Positions 17,705-28,400 of a stretch of 50,623 nt of DNA are shown one piece after another. The stretch is from the IMG/VR virus record IMGVR_UViG_3300033156_000251, positions 1-50,623 of that record. One strand, written 5' to 3'. Under the pieces are notes generated by a model. The model saw only the letters and a program-made list of their open reading frames with translations, was not told the origin of the DNA and did not search any database. A program made the translations under genes and the position numbers. Numbering within the stretch: position 1 is the first letter of the stretch; each line of letters starts with the position of its first letter. The stretch comes from a virus (taxonomy: Duplodnaviria; Caudoviricetes).

Positions 17705-17943
17705 CGTCTACCTCCAAACATACTCAGGGCTAATTTGTGTTGTGCTTCTGCCGACAGAATACGTGGCTGTATTTCTCCGCCTAATTCAAAAGATATTAAG
17801 ACATCCACCTGTCGTAATAAAGTAATAAACTGTCTGAGCGTCATACCCAACACCTCTTGCAAACTAAATCCATAAAACCTACACAGTAAAGCTATCCCTG
17901 TTGTTTGACTGATTCTTCTGCCTTTTTGTCCAGCATTTTTTTT
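17701..17943 (-). CDS. -1 frameshift extension of the tail assembly chaperone
   Basis: After the A8 run the -1 frame is open (NAGQKGRR...YGFSLQEVLGMTLRQF...FGGRR*) and ends overlapping the tape measure ATG. Confidence 0.8.
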   Translation of the reverse strand, partial: KKNAGQKGRRISQTTGIALLCRFYGFSLQEVLGMTLRQFITLLRQVDVLISFELGGEIQPRILSAEAQHKLALSMFGGRR

Positions 17944-18350
17944 AGCTCACTACCCTGTTGTGCTGGAAACATTGCTTTTGTAACTACCTCCAATGCTTGT
18001 AGGGTGATCATTGATTTAACATCCTCTTCGGTAATATCAGGGTGTTTATAACGAAGACTCAAATAAGCGAGATAGACTATTCCTTCCATCGTGTAAGTTT
18101 TTTCTTCGAGCTCTTCTTCTGAGATGGAATTATCCAAGAGTTTTAGCAGTTCTATCGAGTCTATGTTACCCACTTCCTGGGCATCTCGTATGAGTCTTCT
18201 TCTACGCTTCTCATTTAACTTCTCTTGCTCATCCATCAAGTGTGCTTTGAAATCAATATAGTCACCCAAAGAGAGTTCAGTGAAAGTATATTCCTTTCCT
18301 TTTAGTTTGAGCTTTGTTTCTTTACACTTGAAATTGTTTAATTCATTCAT
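17892..18350 (-). CDS. Tail assembly chaperone
   Basis: Located between the tail tube and tape measure genes. Slippery CTA AAA AAA A near the 3' end. Confidence 0.8.
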   Translation of the reverse strand: MNELNNFKCKETKLKLKGKEYTFTELSLGDYIDFKAHLMDEQEKLNEKRRRRLIRDAQEVGNIDSIELLKLLDNSISEEELEEKTYTMEGIVYLAYLSLRYKHPDITEEDVKSMITLQALEVVTKAMFPAQQGSELKKMLDKKAEESVKQQG

Positions 18351-18772
18351 TAGACAGTCCCCTGAGTTACTTCGTTAGTTACAGCATCCTTAAATTGGAA
18401 TGAGTATGTTACCGTTTCAATTCCGTCCTTGTCAATACCTATGTCTGCTCCGACACATATAGCACCATCCTCGGCACTGGCATATCCACCATCAGCTTGA
18501 ACACCCGTTCTTAATAGCTCCAACGTACCTATAGCGCCAGGATATATTTCTATATCGCCAGGCAGATTGCATGTGACAGTAGCAGTAACACCTTTAAAAC
18601 CTACTTCCCTTGTCTTACCAAAGTTTGTAGACTGTGTTACACTACTCTCCGCCGTAGAAGCAGTTCCAGAAACACTCCACTCAACCAGATTGGAAATAGC
18701 CGAAAAGTCTCCAGCACCGGAAGCTTTCCAATATGCTTGAGCTTTTTTACCATGATAGTTTGCTTCAGCCAT
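18350..18772 (-). CDS. Tail tube-like protein 2
   Basis: YHGK...EWSVS.TASTAESS...GFKG...VTYSFQ; paralog of the neighbouring gene. Confidence 0.7.
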   Translation of the reverse strand: MAEANYHGKKAQAYWKASGAGDFSAISNLVEWSVSGTASTAESSVTQSTNFGKTREVGFKGVTATVTCNLPGDIEIYPGAIGTLELLRTGVQADGGYASAEDGAICVGADIGIDKDGIETVTYSFQFKDAVTNEVTQGTV

Positions 18773-18790
18773 AATATAAACTCCTTAAAA

Positions 18791-19165
18791 TTATGAATAA
18801 GAGATACCAGTAGCATCATCCATTTCAAAGGAATAACTTATTTTCCCAATATCATCCTTATTAGCAGTCTCAGTGAAGCCAGTACAAATTGCATTAAAAC
18901 TGAAATAGTGTGAACTATCAATATACAAGTTTAACTCCGCTTCTGCACCTAACTGTGAAATAACATCCCTTGTGGTTCTAGCATTACCTTCAACTGAAGC
19001 CGAGGCGTCTTCAAAACCTGCTTCAAAATCTTGCCAGAAACCAGACTCTTGCATCACGGTAGATTCTGCCACGTCTGCAGAAGGTGTCATAGACCAACCT
19101 GTAATAGCTTCAAGAGTGTTGCCTCCGATTGTTACTTTAGCGGTTTTACCATGAAATACAGACAT
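18791..19165 (-). CDS. Tail tube protein 1
   Basis: FHGK...GWSMT.SADVAEST...GFED...ISYSFE. Confidence 0.75.
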   Translation of the reverse strand: MSVFHGKTAKVTIGGNTLEAITGWSMTPSADVAESTVMQESGFWQDFEAGFEDASASVEGNARTTRDVISQLGAEAELNLYIDSSHYFSFNAICTGFTETANKDDIGKISYSFEMDDATGISYS

Positions 19166-19176
19166 AGTTTATTCTC

Positions 19177-19644
19177 CTAAATACCCATTAGTGTATATAA
19201 ATTGCTAGCACCGGTGCACGGTATTTCCGTGGCTACCGTACCAGTATAGCTTAATAAACAACGATAAGTTACAGTACACTGCCAAATGTTTTCCACCTTT
19301 GTGAAATTGGCAGTTTCCCTTTTGAGTACTAACGTGTCGTAGTTGTCCACCAACAATTCATAGAAGTCAAAACCCGTACCAGCTGCGGTGTTACCTTTTA
19401 GATATTCAAATATATCTGTAATTTCCTTCACAGACTGTGCTTTGCTGAAGATGCTAAACTGCAACAAAACATCTTCAATCAAGTTGTGACTGTCGAAGTC
19501 CTGGTTGTCATTTACCAGTGTGAAAACTATATAAGGAAACTTCGCATCCGCTGGTGCTACGGTATTGTACATATCCGTCACACTGTTGTGTAAATCAGTG
19601 TCGTTTAAAAACCTATCATAAATAGCTTCAAATAGAGTTTGCAT
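19177..19644 (-). CDS. Tail terminator/completion protein
   Basis: AP..AKFPYIVF motif and synteny. Confidence 0.75.
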   Translation of the reverse strand: MQTLFEAIYDRFLNDTDLHNSVTDMYNTVAPADAKFPYIVFTLVNDNQDFDSHNLIEDVLLQFSIFSKAQSVKEITDIFEYLKGNTAAGTGFDFYELLVDNYDTLVLKRETANFTKVENIWQCTVTYRCLLSYTGTVATEIPCTGASNLYTLMGI

Positions 19645-19949
19645 CAGTCTTTTAGTAACCTCTTGATTTCCTTTAAATTCTTATGTAAAGCAGGCCGTAG
19701 GAATGGTCTGGCTGCCATCCTACTAGTACCCAATTCCACATAGGGTGCGTATTCAACATTACTACCAACAATAGCCATGTTCTTGTCTAAAAATTCATGT
19801 GTTATGCTACGCTTTAAAGTACCCGTCCTGACAGGACAGAACTTTTTGGCATCCCTCTCTACAAGTAATGTTGCCCTTACTAAACCTCTATGCACTTTCT
19901 TCCCTGCCACTTTCATAAACTTTTCAGTATTGTCTTTGCTTATGGGCAT
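19644..19949 (-). CDS. HK97 gp10-like neck protein
   Basis: PVRTGTLKRSI...VEYAPYVELGTSRMAARPFLRPA. Confidence 0.92.
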   Translation of the reverse strand: MPISKDNTEKFMKVAGKKVHRGLVRATLLVERDAKKFCPVRTGTLKRSITHEFLDKNMAIVGSNVEYAPYVELGTSRMAARPFLRPALHKNLKEIKRLLKD

Positions 19950-20449
19950 CAGTCTAATCCTAACAAAACTATATCATACTCTATAGTACCTGTTGTTTTA
20001 ACATCTAGCTTCAAATTTTTATTTACTGTAACATCTATCCCTGCGGCAGTAGGACAAGTCCAGAAAAACACACCACCTGGCGGGATTTCTAAAATATCCG
20101 AATCATCAGAGAATAATGGCACTCCATTAGTGGCACCACCAACAAGAAGCGTCAGTGACTCGTCTTGATTCTTGATGTAGACCATTTTCAAAGCTGTCAT
20201 GGTGAGCAAAGTACCAAAAGCTGTTTTCAATACACCGCCGTCGTACAGGTTCAAATTCTCACCAGCTTCAGTAACACTACGCTTATCATGCCACAATAGA
20301 TTAGCTTGATTTGCGCCTGTGCCGAAGGTCCAGTTGACACTAGCACTAATACTCAGTGCATCAACAACGGTATTCAGATCCAAAGCTTTTTGGTTGCTAA
20401 GAGATATACCTATGTTAGTACTACCGGTTAAATTCGTACTATCCGCCAT
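19949..20449 (-). CDS. Virion structural protein (putative)
   Basis: Beta-rich ORF within the neck module. Confidence 0.6.
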   Translation of the reverse strand: MADSTNLTGSTNIGISLSNQKALDLNTVVDALSISASVNWTFGTGANQANLLWHDKRSVTEAGENLNLYDGGVLKTAFGTLLTMTALKMVYIKNQDESLTLLVGGATNGVPLFSDDSDILEIPPGGVFFWTCPTAAGIDVTVNKNLKLDVKTTGTIEYDIVLLGLD

Positions 20450-20454
20450 AGTTT

Positions 20455-20610
20455 TTATCCTTCATCCAATAAGTTACTGAGCTTGCTATATAGCTCTATA
20501 CTTTCATTGTTCAATCTGCTAAACGTCTTTTCTAACTCATGCAAGTCTTCTCTCAAGATGATCAGCTGTCTCAACAAGTCTTGTATTCTTTTCCTATCTT
20601 CAAGTTCCAT
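20455..20610 (-). CDS. Small coiled-coil protein (51 aa, not in the ORF track)
   Basis: MELEDRKRIQDLLRQLIILREDLHELEKTF...DEG*; fills the intergenic gap exactly. Confidence 0.6.
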   Translation of the reverse strand: MELEDRKRIQDLLRQLIILREDLHELEKTFSRLNNESIELYSKLSNLLDEG

Positions 20611-20923
20611 CGCTTTGCCTCAGTTTGATTTCAAGAACTAATAGTCTGTTCATATTATCCACATTGCTTACATTCACCACATCATAAGTTACTCCATTGT
20701 ACTTGATACAATAATCAGTAGTGATTTCAACTGGTCTACAATAAACCTTCCCGTCGCGATAATAGGTGTTCTTGTCGAACTGTATCTTTTCAGCACCTTT
20801 GACCCAGTTGATCCTGCAAGGCAAATTCTCGTATACCAAATTCTCTGTGGTATACCAACTTCCCATGCCATCACTAATCTTGTCTGTTCTATAAACATCT
20901 ATCTTACTGTTGTATAGGTTCAT
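20600..20923 (-). CDS. Head closure (head-tail joining) protein
   Basis: DGMGSW...LPCRI...YDVVNV pattern and synteny. Confidence 0.8.
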   Translation of the reverse strand: MNLYNSKIDVYRTDKISDGMGSWYTTENLVYENLPCRINWVKGAEKIQFDKNTYYRDGKVYCRPVEITTDYCIKYNGVTYDVVNVSNVDNMNRLLVLEIKLRQSDGT

Positions 20924-21774
20924 ACTGCACCAAGCAAAGGCTTTCGCCGTATATAGTTTCTAATTAGCTTATCTGCTTCTTCTATACCTGTCAAAAACTT
21001 TTCACCTGAATCACGAGTATAACTATAGTCACCCAACCGTTCTGATTTCATGTCTCCGTAGCTAGTATATAATGTGTTGTCGTTGTCATATTTACAGAGC
21101 ATTACTACCGCTTCTTTAATACTTGCAGGACAACTAGTCCAGCCATATGTACCAGCAATACTCACATTCTTGACACCTCTAGGAAATACTCCAGTAGCAC
21201 TATCTGTTAGATAATGCAATTCTGCCAATGTGGCAAAACATACCGTTCCTGAGGAGAATGTACCGGTGTAATCACTACTATCTGTGTTATTCAAAGTAAA
21301 AGTGTTATCACCTACCTTAGTGACACCATACTCCCCATCCAAGCTAGGCGTAATACCTGTGACTTGAATAAGTCTGGCTGTCTCACCTGTTGTAAAGCCA
21401 TGATTGGTAACTGTCACAGAAACAGGGTCAGTCCCAGACAAAGTTATATTTTCAATATCTCTGCATTGAGCCGTAGCCAGAGCAGCACGAAAAACACTGT
21501 TGTTATCGAAAGAGTAAAGTCCTGCATCTAGAACCACGCCACTGATTTTGATTTCTGTGATACTCAGAATGTCTGGCATCAACCCTAAGAAAAGTTGATT
21601 CTTGCCATTGCCATTCAAAGTGATATTAAAACTCTTAGCGTAAAAGTAGTCCCTAGTTATTCGTTCTACCAGTGATTCTGCTCTCTGTATGGTAGCTAAC
21701 TTCTGTGCATCAGTAGCTTCACTAGCCCAATTGTCTATATCACTTTCTGTTATGTAGTTACCTGCCACAGCCAT
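20920..21774 (-). CDS. Head-tail adaptor with inserted beta domain
   Basis: YITESDI...AESLVERIT, FPRG..NV.I.GTYGW...P..IKEA and SERLGDYSY, with an inserted VTVTNHGF..G domain. Confidence 0.8.
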   Translation of the reverse strand: MAVAGNYITESDIDNWASEATDAQKLATIQRAESLVERITRDYFYAKSFNITLNGNGKNQLFLGLMPDILSITEIKISGVVLDAGLYSFDNNSVFRAALATAQCRDIENITLSGTDPVSVTVTNHGFTTGETARLIQVTGITPSLDGEYGVTKVGDNTFTLNNTDSSDYTGTFSSGTVCFATLAELHYLTDSATGVFPRGVKNVSIAGTYGWTSCPASIKEAVVMLCKYDNDNTLYTSYGDMKSERLGDYSYTRDSGEKFLTGIEEADKLIRNYIRRKPLLGAV

Positions 21775-21786
21775 CTTTTAACCTTT

Positions 21787-22311
21787 CTACATCCAACCTT
21801 CAAAGCCCAAGCTAGTATGTTCAGACCAGTTACCATAGAGTCGTGCCTTCATAGAACCCAGTGCTGTAACTTTCAACAAGTATTTGGTGTCGGGTTTTAG
21901 TATCCATTCATTTTCATTGCGAGAATTGCTGGATTCTGTTAAATGCAAACCAGTTGTGCCACAAAATAATGTTTCTAACAAAGTTCCATTGTCAGTGATA
22001 GTGGGATTCTTCTTTGCTGTTGTAGCACTCGTATTTGCAGAATTTCTATTGCGATTGACTGGTGTCACGTCACTGCCAGCACTCGAGTACGTCACGCCTT
22101 CGAAAAATTCAATTTTTGATTCGGCTGTTACGTTGACTCCCCAAATTAGATGAACCCAATCATCAGAATCAGCTGTGACTAACAGCAACATCAAGACATC
22201 ATCTGCTGCCATTGAGTCATCAATCACCTGGGCAAAGAAGGAGTTTCCTGCATGTATCCTTGAATGAGGATAACCTATGTTGATAGGCGTTCTTGTGTAT
22301 TCATCAATCAT
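21787..22311 (-). CDS. Hypothetical virion protein
   Basis: AAGGAG RBS; lies in the structural operon. Confidence 0.6.
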   Translation of the reverse strand: MIDEYTRTPINIGYPHSRIHAGNSFFAQVIDDSMAADDVLMLLLVTADSDDWVHLIWGVNVTAESKIEFFEGVTYSSAGSDVTPVNRNRNSANTSATTAKKNPTITDNGTLLETLFCGTTGLHLTESSNSRNENEWILKPDTKYLLKVTALGSMKARLYGNWSEHTSLGFEGWM

Positions 22312-22331
22312 TGCTATAACTCCTTATCTAT

Positions 22332-22361
22332 AAAAGGCAGTTGTTTTTAGGCACAACTGCC
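22332..22361 (-). terminator. Terminator after the capsid genes
   Basis: GGCAGTTGT-loop-ACAACTGCC-TTTT on the minus strand. Confidence 0.7.
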
Positions 22362-22377
22362 AAAGCCTCCTGAATGG

Positions 22378-23106
22378 TTAACGCACCTGTGCAACCTTGT
22401 AATAGTCAAGACGCAACACATTAGCATTTGCCTCGCCGTTCAGCTGAGCAAAGCTGATGGTCAATTCTTCATCATCTGGTATGTTCGTGTTGTGCGTTGC
22501 TATTTCAGTTCCATTCACGTTACAAGTGACATTCCCGGCGCCATCGAAGTAGAACCCTACAGTAACAAAAGTGTTGTCCACCAAATCAATACCGGTGTCT
22601 GTCTTAGTTTCCGAAGAATCTTTTTCGCAAACGAAATCAAGGTTGGCGTCACCATTGTCTTTGACGAAATAAACACCGTCCGACATGCCACCAGTCAGAT
22701 CAGTGTCCTTGATGCAAAGACCAACGATCACTGTAGGATTAGCAATAGCAGCACAGTCTACAGCAAACCTACATTCGTAATAAAGCGGCTTGCCTGAGGC
22801 TAGCTTGAATGGCTCTGCGTTCAGTTGTAGATTCACTCTGTCTAATGCATTATCATCCACAGTCAAAGCAAGTATTCCACCTGCCGCATCTTCAATAGCC
22901 TGAGACGCACCACCATCAGTATCGGTGTCTACGATAGTCAGGATCCAGCCTGAACCAGTCGCAGAAGATGTAGCCGACGCTGGAAGCCACTGGTAAAAAT
23001 CATCTTCAAGGCGATGTGTTTTAGACTTAAACCAGTGCTGTAAAACACGGGACATAGTTTGCTGTATGTCCGTATCAATCATTTCCAAATCTCTATATCT
23101 TGACAT
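22378..23106 (-). CDS. Capsid decoration/lectin-fold protein (putative)
   Basis: Acidic and beta-rich, downstream of the major capsid gene, followed by a terminator. Confidence 0.55.
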   Translation of the reverse strand: MSRYRDLEMIDTDIQQTMSRVLQHWFKSKTHRLEDDFYQWLPASATSSATGSGWILTIVDTDTDGGASQAIEDAAGGILALTVDDNALDRVNLQLNAEPFKLASGKPLYYECRFAVDCAAIANPTVIVGLCIKDTDLTGGMSDGVYFVKDNGDANLDFVCEKDSSETKTDTGIDLVDNTFVTVGFYFDGAGNVTCNVNGTEIATHNTNIPDDEELTISFAQLNGEANANVLRLDYYKVAQVR

Positions 23107-23431
23107 TGTTATTCTCCTTTATCAATAGTGATTTTCTTGAAACTCTTTTCTTTGATTTTTTAGAAACTTTCAAGCTCTTCTTTTTTGACTTCTTTCGGAG
23201 TTGGTTTTTGGCTACTTCAGAAGAACTCTTCTCAGCTACTTTTGGTTTTGCTCTTTTTTTATCCTCGATTTTAGTTTCTACCAAATCAATTTTTGGGTAA
23301 CGAGCAACTATCCAATCTGCTTGGTCCTTATTATGTGTTTCCCAGGACATATTGTGCGTAAAGGTAAAACCCTTACCCTTATATTCGACTATCCTGGTAG
23401 GGCCAAAATTGAAAAGTCTGTAAGTAACCAT
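23093..23431 (-). CDS. Small basic head-associated protein
   Basis: AAGGAG RBS before ATG 23431; Lys-rich C-terminus. Confidence 0.65.
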   Translation of the reverse strand: MVTYRLFNFGPTRIVEYKGKGFTFTHNMSWETHNKDQADWIVARYPKIDLVETKIEDKKRAKPKVAEKSSSEVAKNQLRKKSKKKSLKVSKKSKKRVSRKSLLIKENNNVKI

Positions 23432-23458
23432 AACCAACTCCTTTCTTCTACTCTAATT

Positions 23459-24541
23459 TTAAGCTATATCCAACTCAACCACTAGTACACAAGCATTCAC
23501 GTTTTCAACTGCTACGTCAGCTCGCATTGAATAGAACCAATAAGTAGCCTCATCAGCAGCCTCTCGCTGCGACTCAATCTTGATTTCCCTTTGTATACCT
23601 ACAATCAAATTACCTTTAGGCGTAAGCAACATCTCAGTATGTGAACCGCCACCAAGCTTTCCGTCATCATCCAACGTAGTTGGTATAAGAGGACAAGGCA
23701 CGATAGGTACCTGGCCAAATTTAATACCCTTTTCAGCGCCGAGGATTGCCTGGTCACCCAGAATAGTAGATCTTGCAGCAAGAGCATCCACATAGTCCTG
23801 AACAACTTGGTCATTGCAGCAGAATCTCAGATTGCTAAGCCCAGCCATTTTGTATTTAGATGGTAAAATCTTTAGTGGTTTACTGAACTTGAACTCCCAG
23901 TTATAAGGAGCAGAAGTGTTTTGAGTAGCAATCCGCTGATTGACACTGCCCAAATCAAAATCGGAATCTGCATGCAGAATAGTAGAGCCACCACTCACAG
24001 CATTGTAATAAGGATCGGTGTCATCATCCGCATTTCTAATCCTGTAGCTCCAACCATCCCACAAGCTTCTAATATCATCAGCACCAAATCCGCTGTGGCC
24101 ATCCGTATCACCGATGTAGAAAGCTTCCTCTAATTCGTTGGCAATCTTAGCAGCTACCAATTTCATGATGTGATCCTTAAATGTCACACCGGACTCAATA
24201 CCAGTAACATCCTCAAGGTCATCATCATAAATCGCCACACAGCCACGTACCTTCTTACTCGTCAGTGCGATCTTGTTCTGAGTAAACTGCTTCAAGTAAT
24301 TGCTAGAACTAAAGGTGCTGGCAGGGTGCAAAAACCTGTCCGTACCTACGCCCAAAGCTCGAACATTCTTCGTGGGTCGTGACATCTTAACCACACGTGC
24401 AACTTGTTTCATCAGGACTGATTCATCTACAATATAGTCAATGAATCGGTCTGCCTCTTCTGCTTCCAACGTAATAGAAGGAAGCGAAACCATTTTTTGT
24501 ATGAAGTCTTTTTTCTTTAGTAACGTTTTATTTGTCTTCAT
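23459..24541 (-). CDS. Major capsid protein (HK97 fold, XkdG-like)
   Basis: LEAEEADRFIDYIVDES...IANELEE...GD...LTPKGNLIVGIQREIKIE. AAGGAG RBS before ATG 24541. Confidence 0.9.
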   Translation of the reverse strand: MKTNKTLLKKKDFIQKMVSLPSITLEAEEADRFIDYIVDESVLMKQVARVVKMSRPTKNVRALGVGTDRFLHPASTFSSSNYLKQFTQNKIALTSKKVRGCVAIYDDDLEDVTGIESGVTFKDHIMKLVAAKIANELEEAFYIGDTDGHSGFGADDIRSLWDGWSYRIRNADDDTDPYYNAVSGGSTILHADSDFDLGSVNQRIATQNTSAPYNWEFKFSKPLKILPSKYKMAGLSNLRFCCNDQVVQDYVDALAARSTILGDQAILGAEKGIKFGQVPIVPCPLIPTTLDDDGKLGGGSHTEMLLTPKGNLIVGIQREIKIESQREAADEATYWFYSMRADVAVENVNACVLVVELDIA

Positions 24542-24554
24542 AGTTATAAACTCC

Positions 24555-25454
24555 TTAATCCATAATCTTGATGCTCGGCCACGGATCATCTACCTTAGAA
24601 GTCTCAGCATCATCGTCGTCATCTTGTCCTTCTACACTCTTCTTGATACCTGTACCTTTTTCAACTGTCTCAAGTCGTTTAGACAATTCCTCTAAGGTTT
24701 TAGTAAGTTTGTTCTCATTCTCTTCTGCTTTTTTACTTTCAAGCTCCTCAATGGACTTGGCTATCTTTTCAATACTTTTTTCGACTTCTGAAGTCTCAGA
24801 CTTTTTTGTCTCTTCACCTACATCAGGAAGAATGGCTTTCAAAGCATTAAGAGCTTCAACAGCTTTTCTCAATTTATCTAAAGTGTCTTTGGAAAACTTA
24901 GCTCCAGCCTTTGCAACTTCTCCCTTCTCAGTTTTTGCAGGATAGCCATATCCATACCCGGCATATTTGGCTAATGTTCCTACAGCTTTTTTGAGATCAT
25001 CTGGAAAGTCTGCTTTGTACTTATTGACCAATTTAAGTGCTCCCTTAATAGCGGAGATTGCCTTGTCAGAAAGTTTCTCTGCCTTCTCAAAGTCTATTTC
25101 AAGATCTTCTTCTTCAAAGTAACTTTTGAGTAGTTCTACAATTTCGTCATCCATTTTATGTTCTCCTATAGTTTTCTTAATAGTCTTTGTATCTGAGCCA
25201 ACCATTTTAGTTCCACACTTCGGACATTCAATTCTTGCACACGGTACAGAGACACCAGCTCCTAGCTTTTCGTGCTCTATACTGTAGCCACAAGCAGGAC
25301 ACACACAGTATTTAGCACCGCCATCTCCCTGCAAATTACCACCAGTGCCTTTACCTTCACCGCGTGCCTTGAAGAATAGAAACTTCTTTTTATTTGCTGG
25401 TTCATCTACAAATGACACTTCTGTAGTTTCAATATCTTTCAATTTTCTTGCCAT
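24555..25454 (-). CDS. Scaffold protein with N-terminal protease segment and Zn finger
   Basis: Starts MARKLKDIETTEVSFVDEPAN; CVCPACG...CPKCG; coiled-coil C-terminus ending DDPWPSI. Confidence 0.8.
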   Translation of the reverse strand: MARKLKDIETTEVSFVDEPANKKKFLFFKARGEGKGTGGNLQGDGGAKYCVCPACGYSIEHEKLGAGVSVPCARIECPKCGTKMVGSDTKTIKKTIGEHKMDDEIVELLKSYFEEEDLEIDFEKAEKLSDKAISAIKGALKLVNKYKADFPDDLKKAVGTLAKYAGYGYGYPAKTEKGEVAKAGAKFSKDTLDKLRKAVEALNALKAILPDVGEETKKSETSEVEKSIEKIAKSIEELESKKAEENENKLTKTLEELSKRLETVEKGTGIKKSVEGQDDDDDAETSKVDDPWPSIKIMD

Positions 25455-25464
25455 AATCAAATCC

Positions 25465-28400
25465 TCATTCCGTTCTAGCATAACCAGCCATACTATAACC
25501 AGTAAGTTTCCCAGATTTTATATCATCCCAAATTTGTTTATCTAATATACGAGTAGTTAGCAGCCAGCTTCCTTTTTTTACTTCATGGCCTGCTATCACC
25601 AAGTCATTTGGAGCGATATAACTTTCTAGTACTCTAGCTTTTACTGGTTTACCTTTATGGTTCATTTTAAACTTTTGAACTTCTTCCATGAATTGGTAAG
25701 CAGCTTTACGAATCTCATCCTCAGTTGTCATGTCACCCTGAGAATCCACTTCATCGGGTTCGTATACAATTCCACATACTATTCGCTCATCTGATTTCTG
25801 TACAAAGAAGGGTACGTACTTCTCAAACTTCTTCTCTTCGGATTTAAGTCTTGAAATCATCCAGACCCTTCCTTCCCCAACAGGTACATAAGCAAATAAG
25901 TACTCGCCATCCTTCAACATTTTGCAATTGGCAAAGACCATCTTCTTAGCATGCCTATCAGCCTGGGTTACTTTAAAACTGAAATCATCTAATTGTAGCA
26001 TAGCGGCATAAGTGTTAGCGAAAGCACCTACCTCTCCAGGTTCAAATATCTCCAATCGTTTGGAACCAGCATCCATCCAGCTAACAGGCCCACGTATAGT
26101 TTCAGCTGTAGGTTCTTCAGCATGCGGTGTCTTCCACCCAAATCGAAGTTTGGCGTTAGGTTCATTCAAGAATTTATCTAGCTTGCTGAGGCCTGTCAAG
26201 TTACCTATCATGATCTCCCCACCTTCAAAATACTTGTCACCTTTACGTGCAAGCCTCAAATCTAGATGTGCTGCTTGTTCACCTATGGCTCCCTTCAGAA
26301 GCATTCTGAGTTTTCGATAATTGTGCCTGGAAGCATAAGCTTCACTTGCTACTTTTTTCAAATCATCTAAATACTTCTCTTCTATACCCATGATGTGCAA
26401 TTGCAAAACACCCCTACCTGTATCACCTACTTCATAATCAATATTGCCCTCAACTTTCTTCTGCAGTATGTTTCCTCTTGAAGCTATCGCTACAACTTGA
26501 TTAGCATAATACGGTTCTTTCCTATCCTTGTCTATATCTATGACCCTAGGTCCCAGCCACTGTAATTTATTGTTCTTTTCATCAGGGATAATCTCCTCAA
26601 TACCTATAGTAAGGATGTCTCCTGGCTGAGCCTCAATTTTTGTATTGAAAGTGTTTCCAAAATCTACGTAGGTCTTACCTCTGAATTTTATAGTGTTGGT
26701 ATAATCAGTGTCGCCTAGAAGAACACCACAGTGATAATTATAAGCATCGCCTTTTTTGGTTGTGTTGCGTTCAAAAACTATGACTTTGATTTCTGCTTCC
26801 AACTTTATCTTTGACCATCCTTCGTTGCTGCCATCTGTATCCCAAATGCTGTCAAGTGCTTTTATCACAACACCTTCACTCTGAGGCAGTTTAGAAAGTT
26901 TGTTAAAAGCCCTTTCAAGTTCTTTCTGGTTATGGGCTACAACGAAATTAGTCAAGGCGAAGTTGTCACTTCCTTTTAGATATTTGTTATAGAATTCCTC
27001 TAATTTCTTACGTCTGTCCTTCAAAGGTTTTTCATGCAAATCTTCAGACCAGTATGGCAAATCAAAACACGTAGCTTTGATTACATCACCCTCTTCAAAC
27101 ACGGGTTTGTCAGCCATTAACGTCATGAGTTTGATTCTTGGTAGAGGCTTTCCTTTTCTGTCAATACCCAGATTGAAATCCAGTATAAAATCTTCATTGA
27201 CTTTAGAAAGCACATCGGTCAAATCCTGAAATGCCTTGGTTCTGTCTTGTCTGCCTTCACTCCATATCCTAAGCTTGTCCCCTGACTTTTCGGCAATACA
27301 ACGAAAACCATTTAGCTTTTCTTCTACATCTACTGGCCACTTGTCTTTGATCCAGTCAGCTATATCTTCAAATCTAAAAGCTTCAGTTATATTCGCCATG
27401 GTAGGCTTCGGTGGTGTATATTTACCAAAGGGCTTCAGGACGCTTTTCAAAAACTCAAATTTGTCTTTGATATTCGGAGATGTATTGTCAGCAAAGTTTT
27501 TACTTGCCTCTCCTTGTATCTCTTTTACAGAGATGATTTCACCTGCACCGTCACCTTTGGTGGCCCATTTCTTAAAACAATTTTTACAAAACCACGCATG
27601 TCCGTTTCCTTCCGCCCACAAACACTCGATAGTAGGTTTAGCAGAACAACTCATGCACTGGTCTCTTCTGTGTCTAGATTTTTGTAGCTTGTCCAACTCG
27701 AGTACTAAAATAGCAGAGTTGTCTCCGCCAGATATCTTGTGCAATTTAATGCTATTGTCGGGCACACCTATCTCGGAGACAACTTGTTTTTTGAAATCTG
27801 GGATATCCTTGTATATTTGTTTGTGAGTCGGGTCCTGTCTTTCGCCTAAAGGTACGATAAAGATAGCACGCTTCTTAGCGACACGTACAGCTTCGCCAAT
27901 AACATCATTAGTATTAGCTACGTGCTCCAGGAAATGTACGCCTATGACATTATCAAAGATGTTGTCATCGTATGGTATTTCCTTCTTCTCCAAATCTACA
28001 TTATCAACTCTGAGTCCTTTACTCTTACACATGTCTAAGGCAGTCTTGTTGTTGTCTATACCTTTTACTCTATAAATACTAGACAGGCGTTTCTCTAAAC
28101 GACCAGACCCACAACCTAACGACAAGACTGTGTCACCGACAAGATACTTGGTAAGTTCCCTATACTCAGCTTCAAAATCTTTTGACCACGTGTCAAGTCC
28201 TTCATAATAAGCTCGTTCTGTCTCAGCTGACTTTCTATAGTCCTCTTTTACTTCTACCTTCTGAGAATCTTCTTTAGGACGTAAGACTAAATCGTAGAGT
28301 GGTATATATGTACTATGAGGCCCACGTTCAGAATATATAAATTCCTTTTCTTTGCTAGCTACGTTCTTCTGCTTGTCAAGTATCCTAACAAGCTTGAGTT

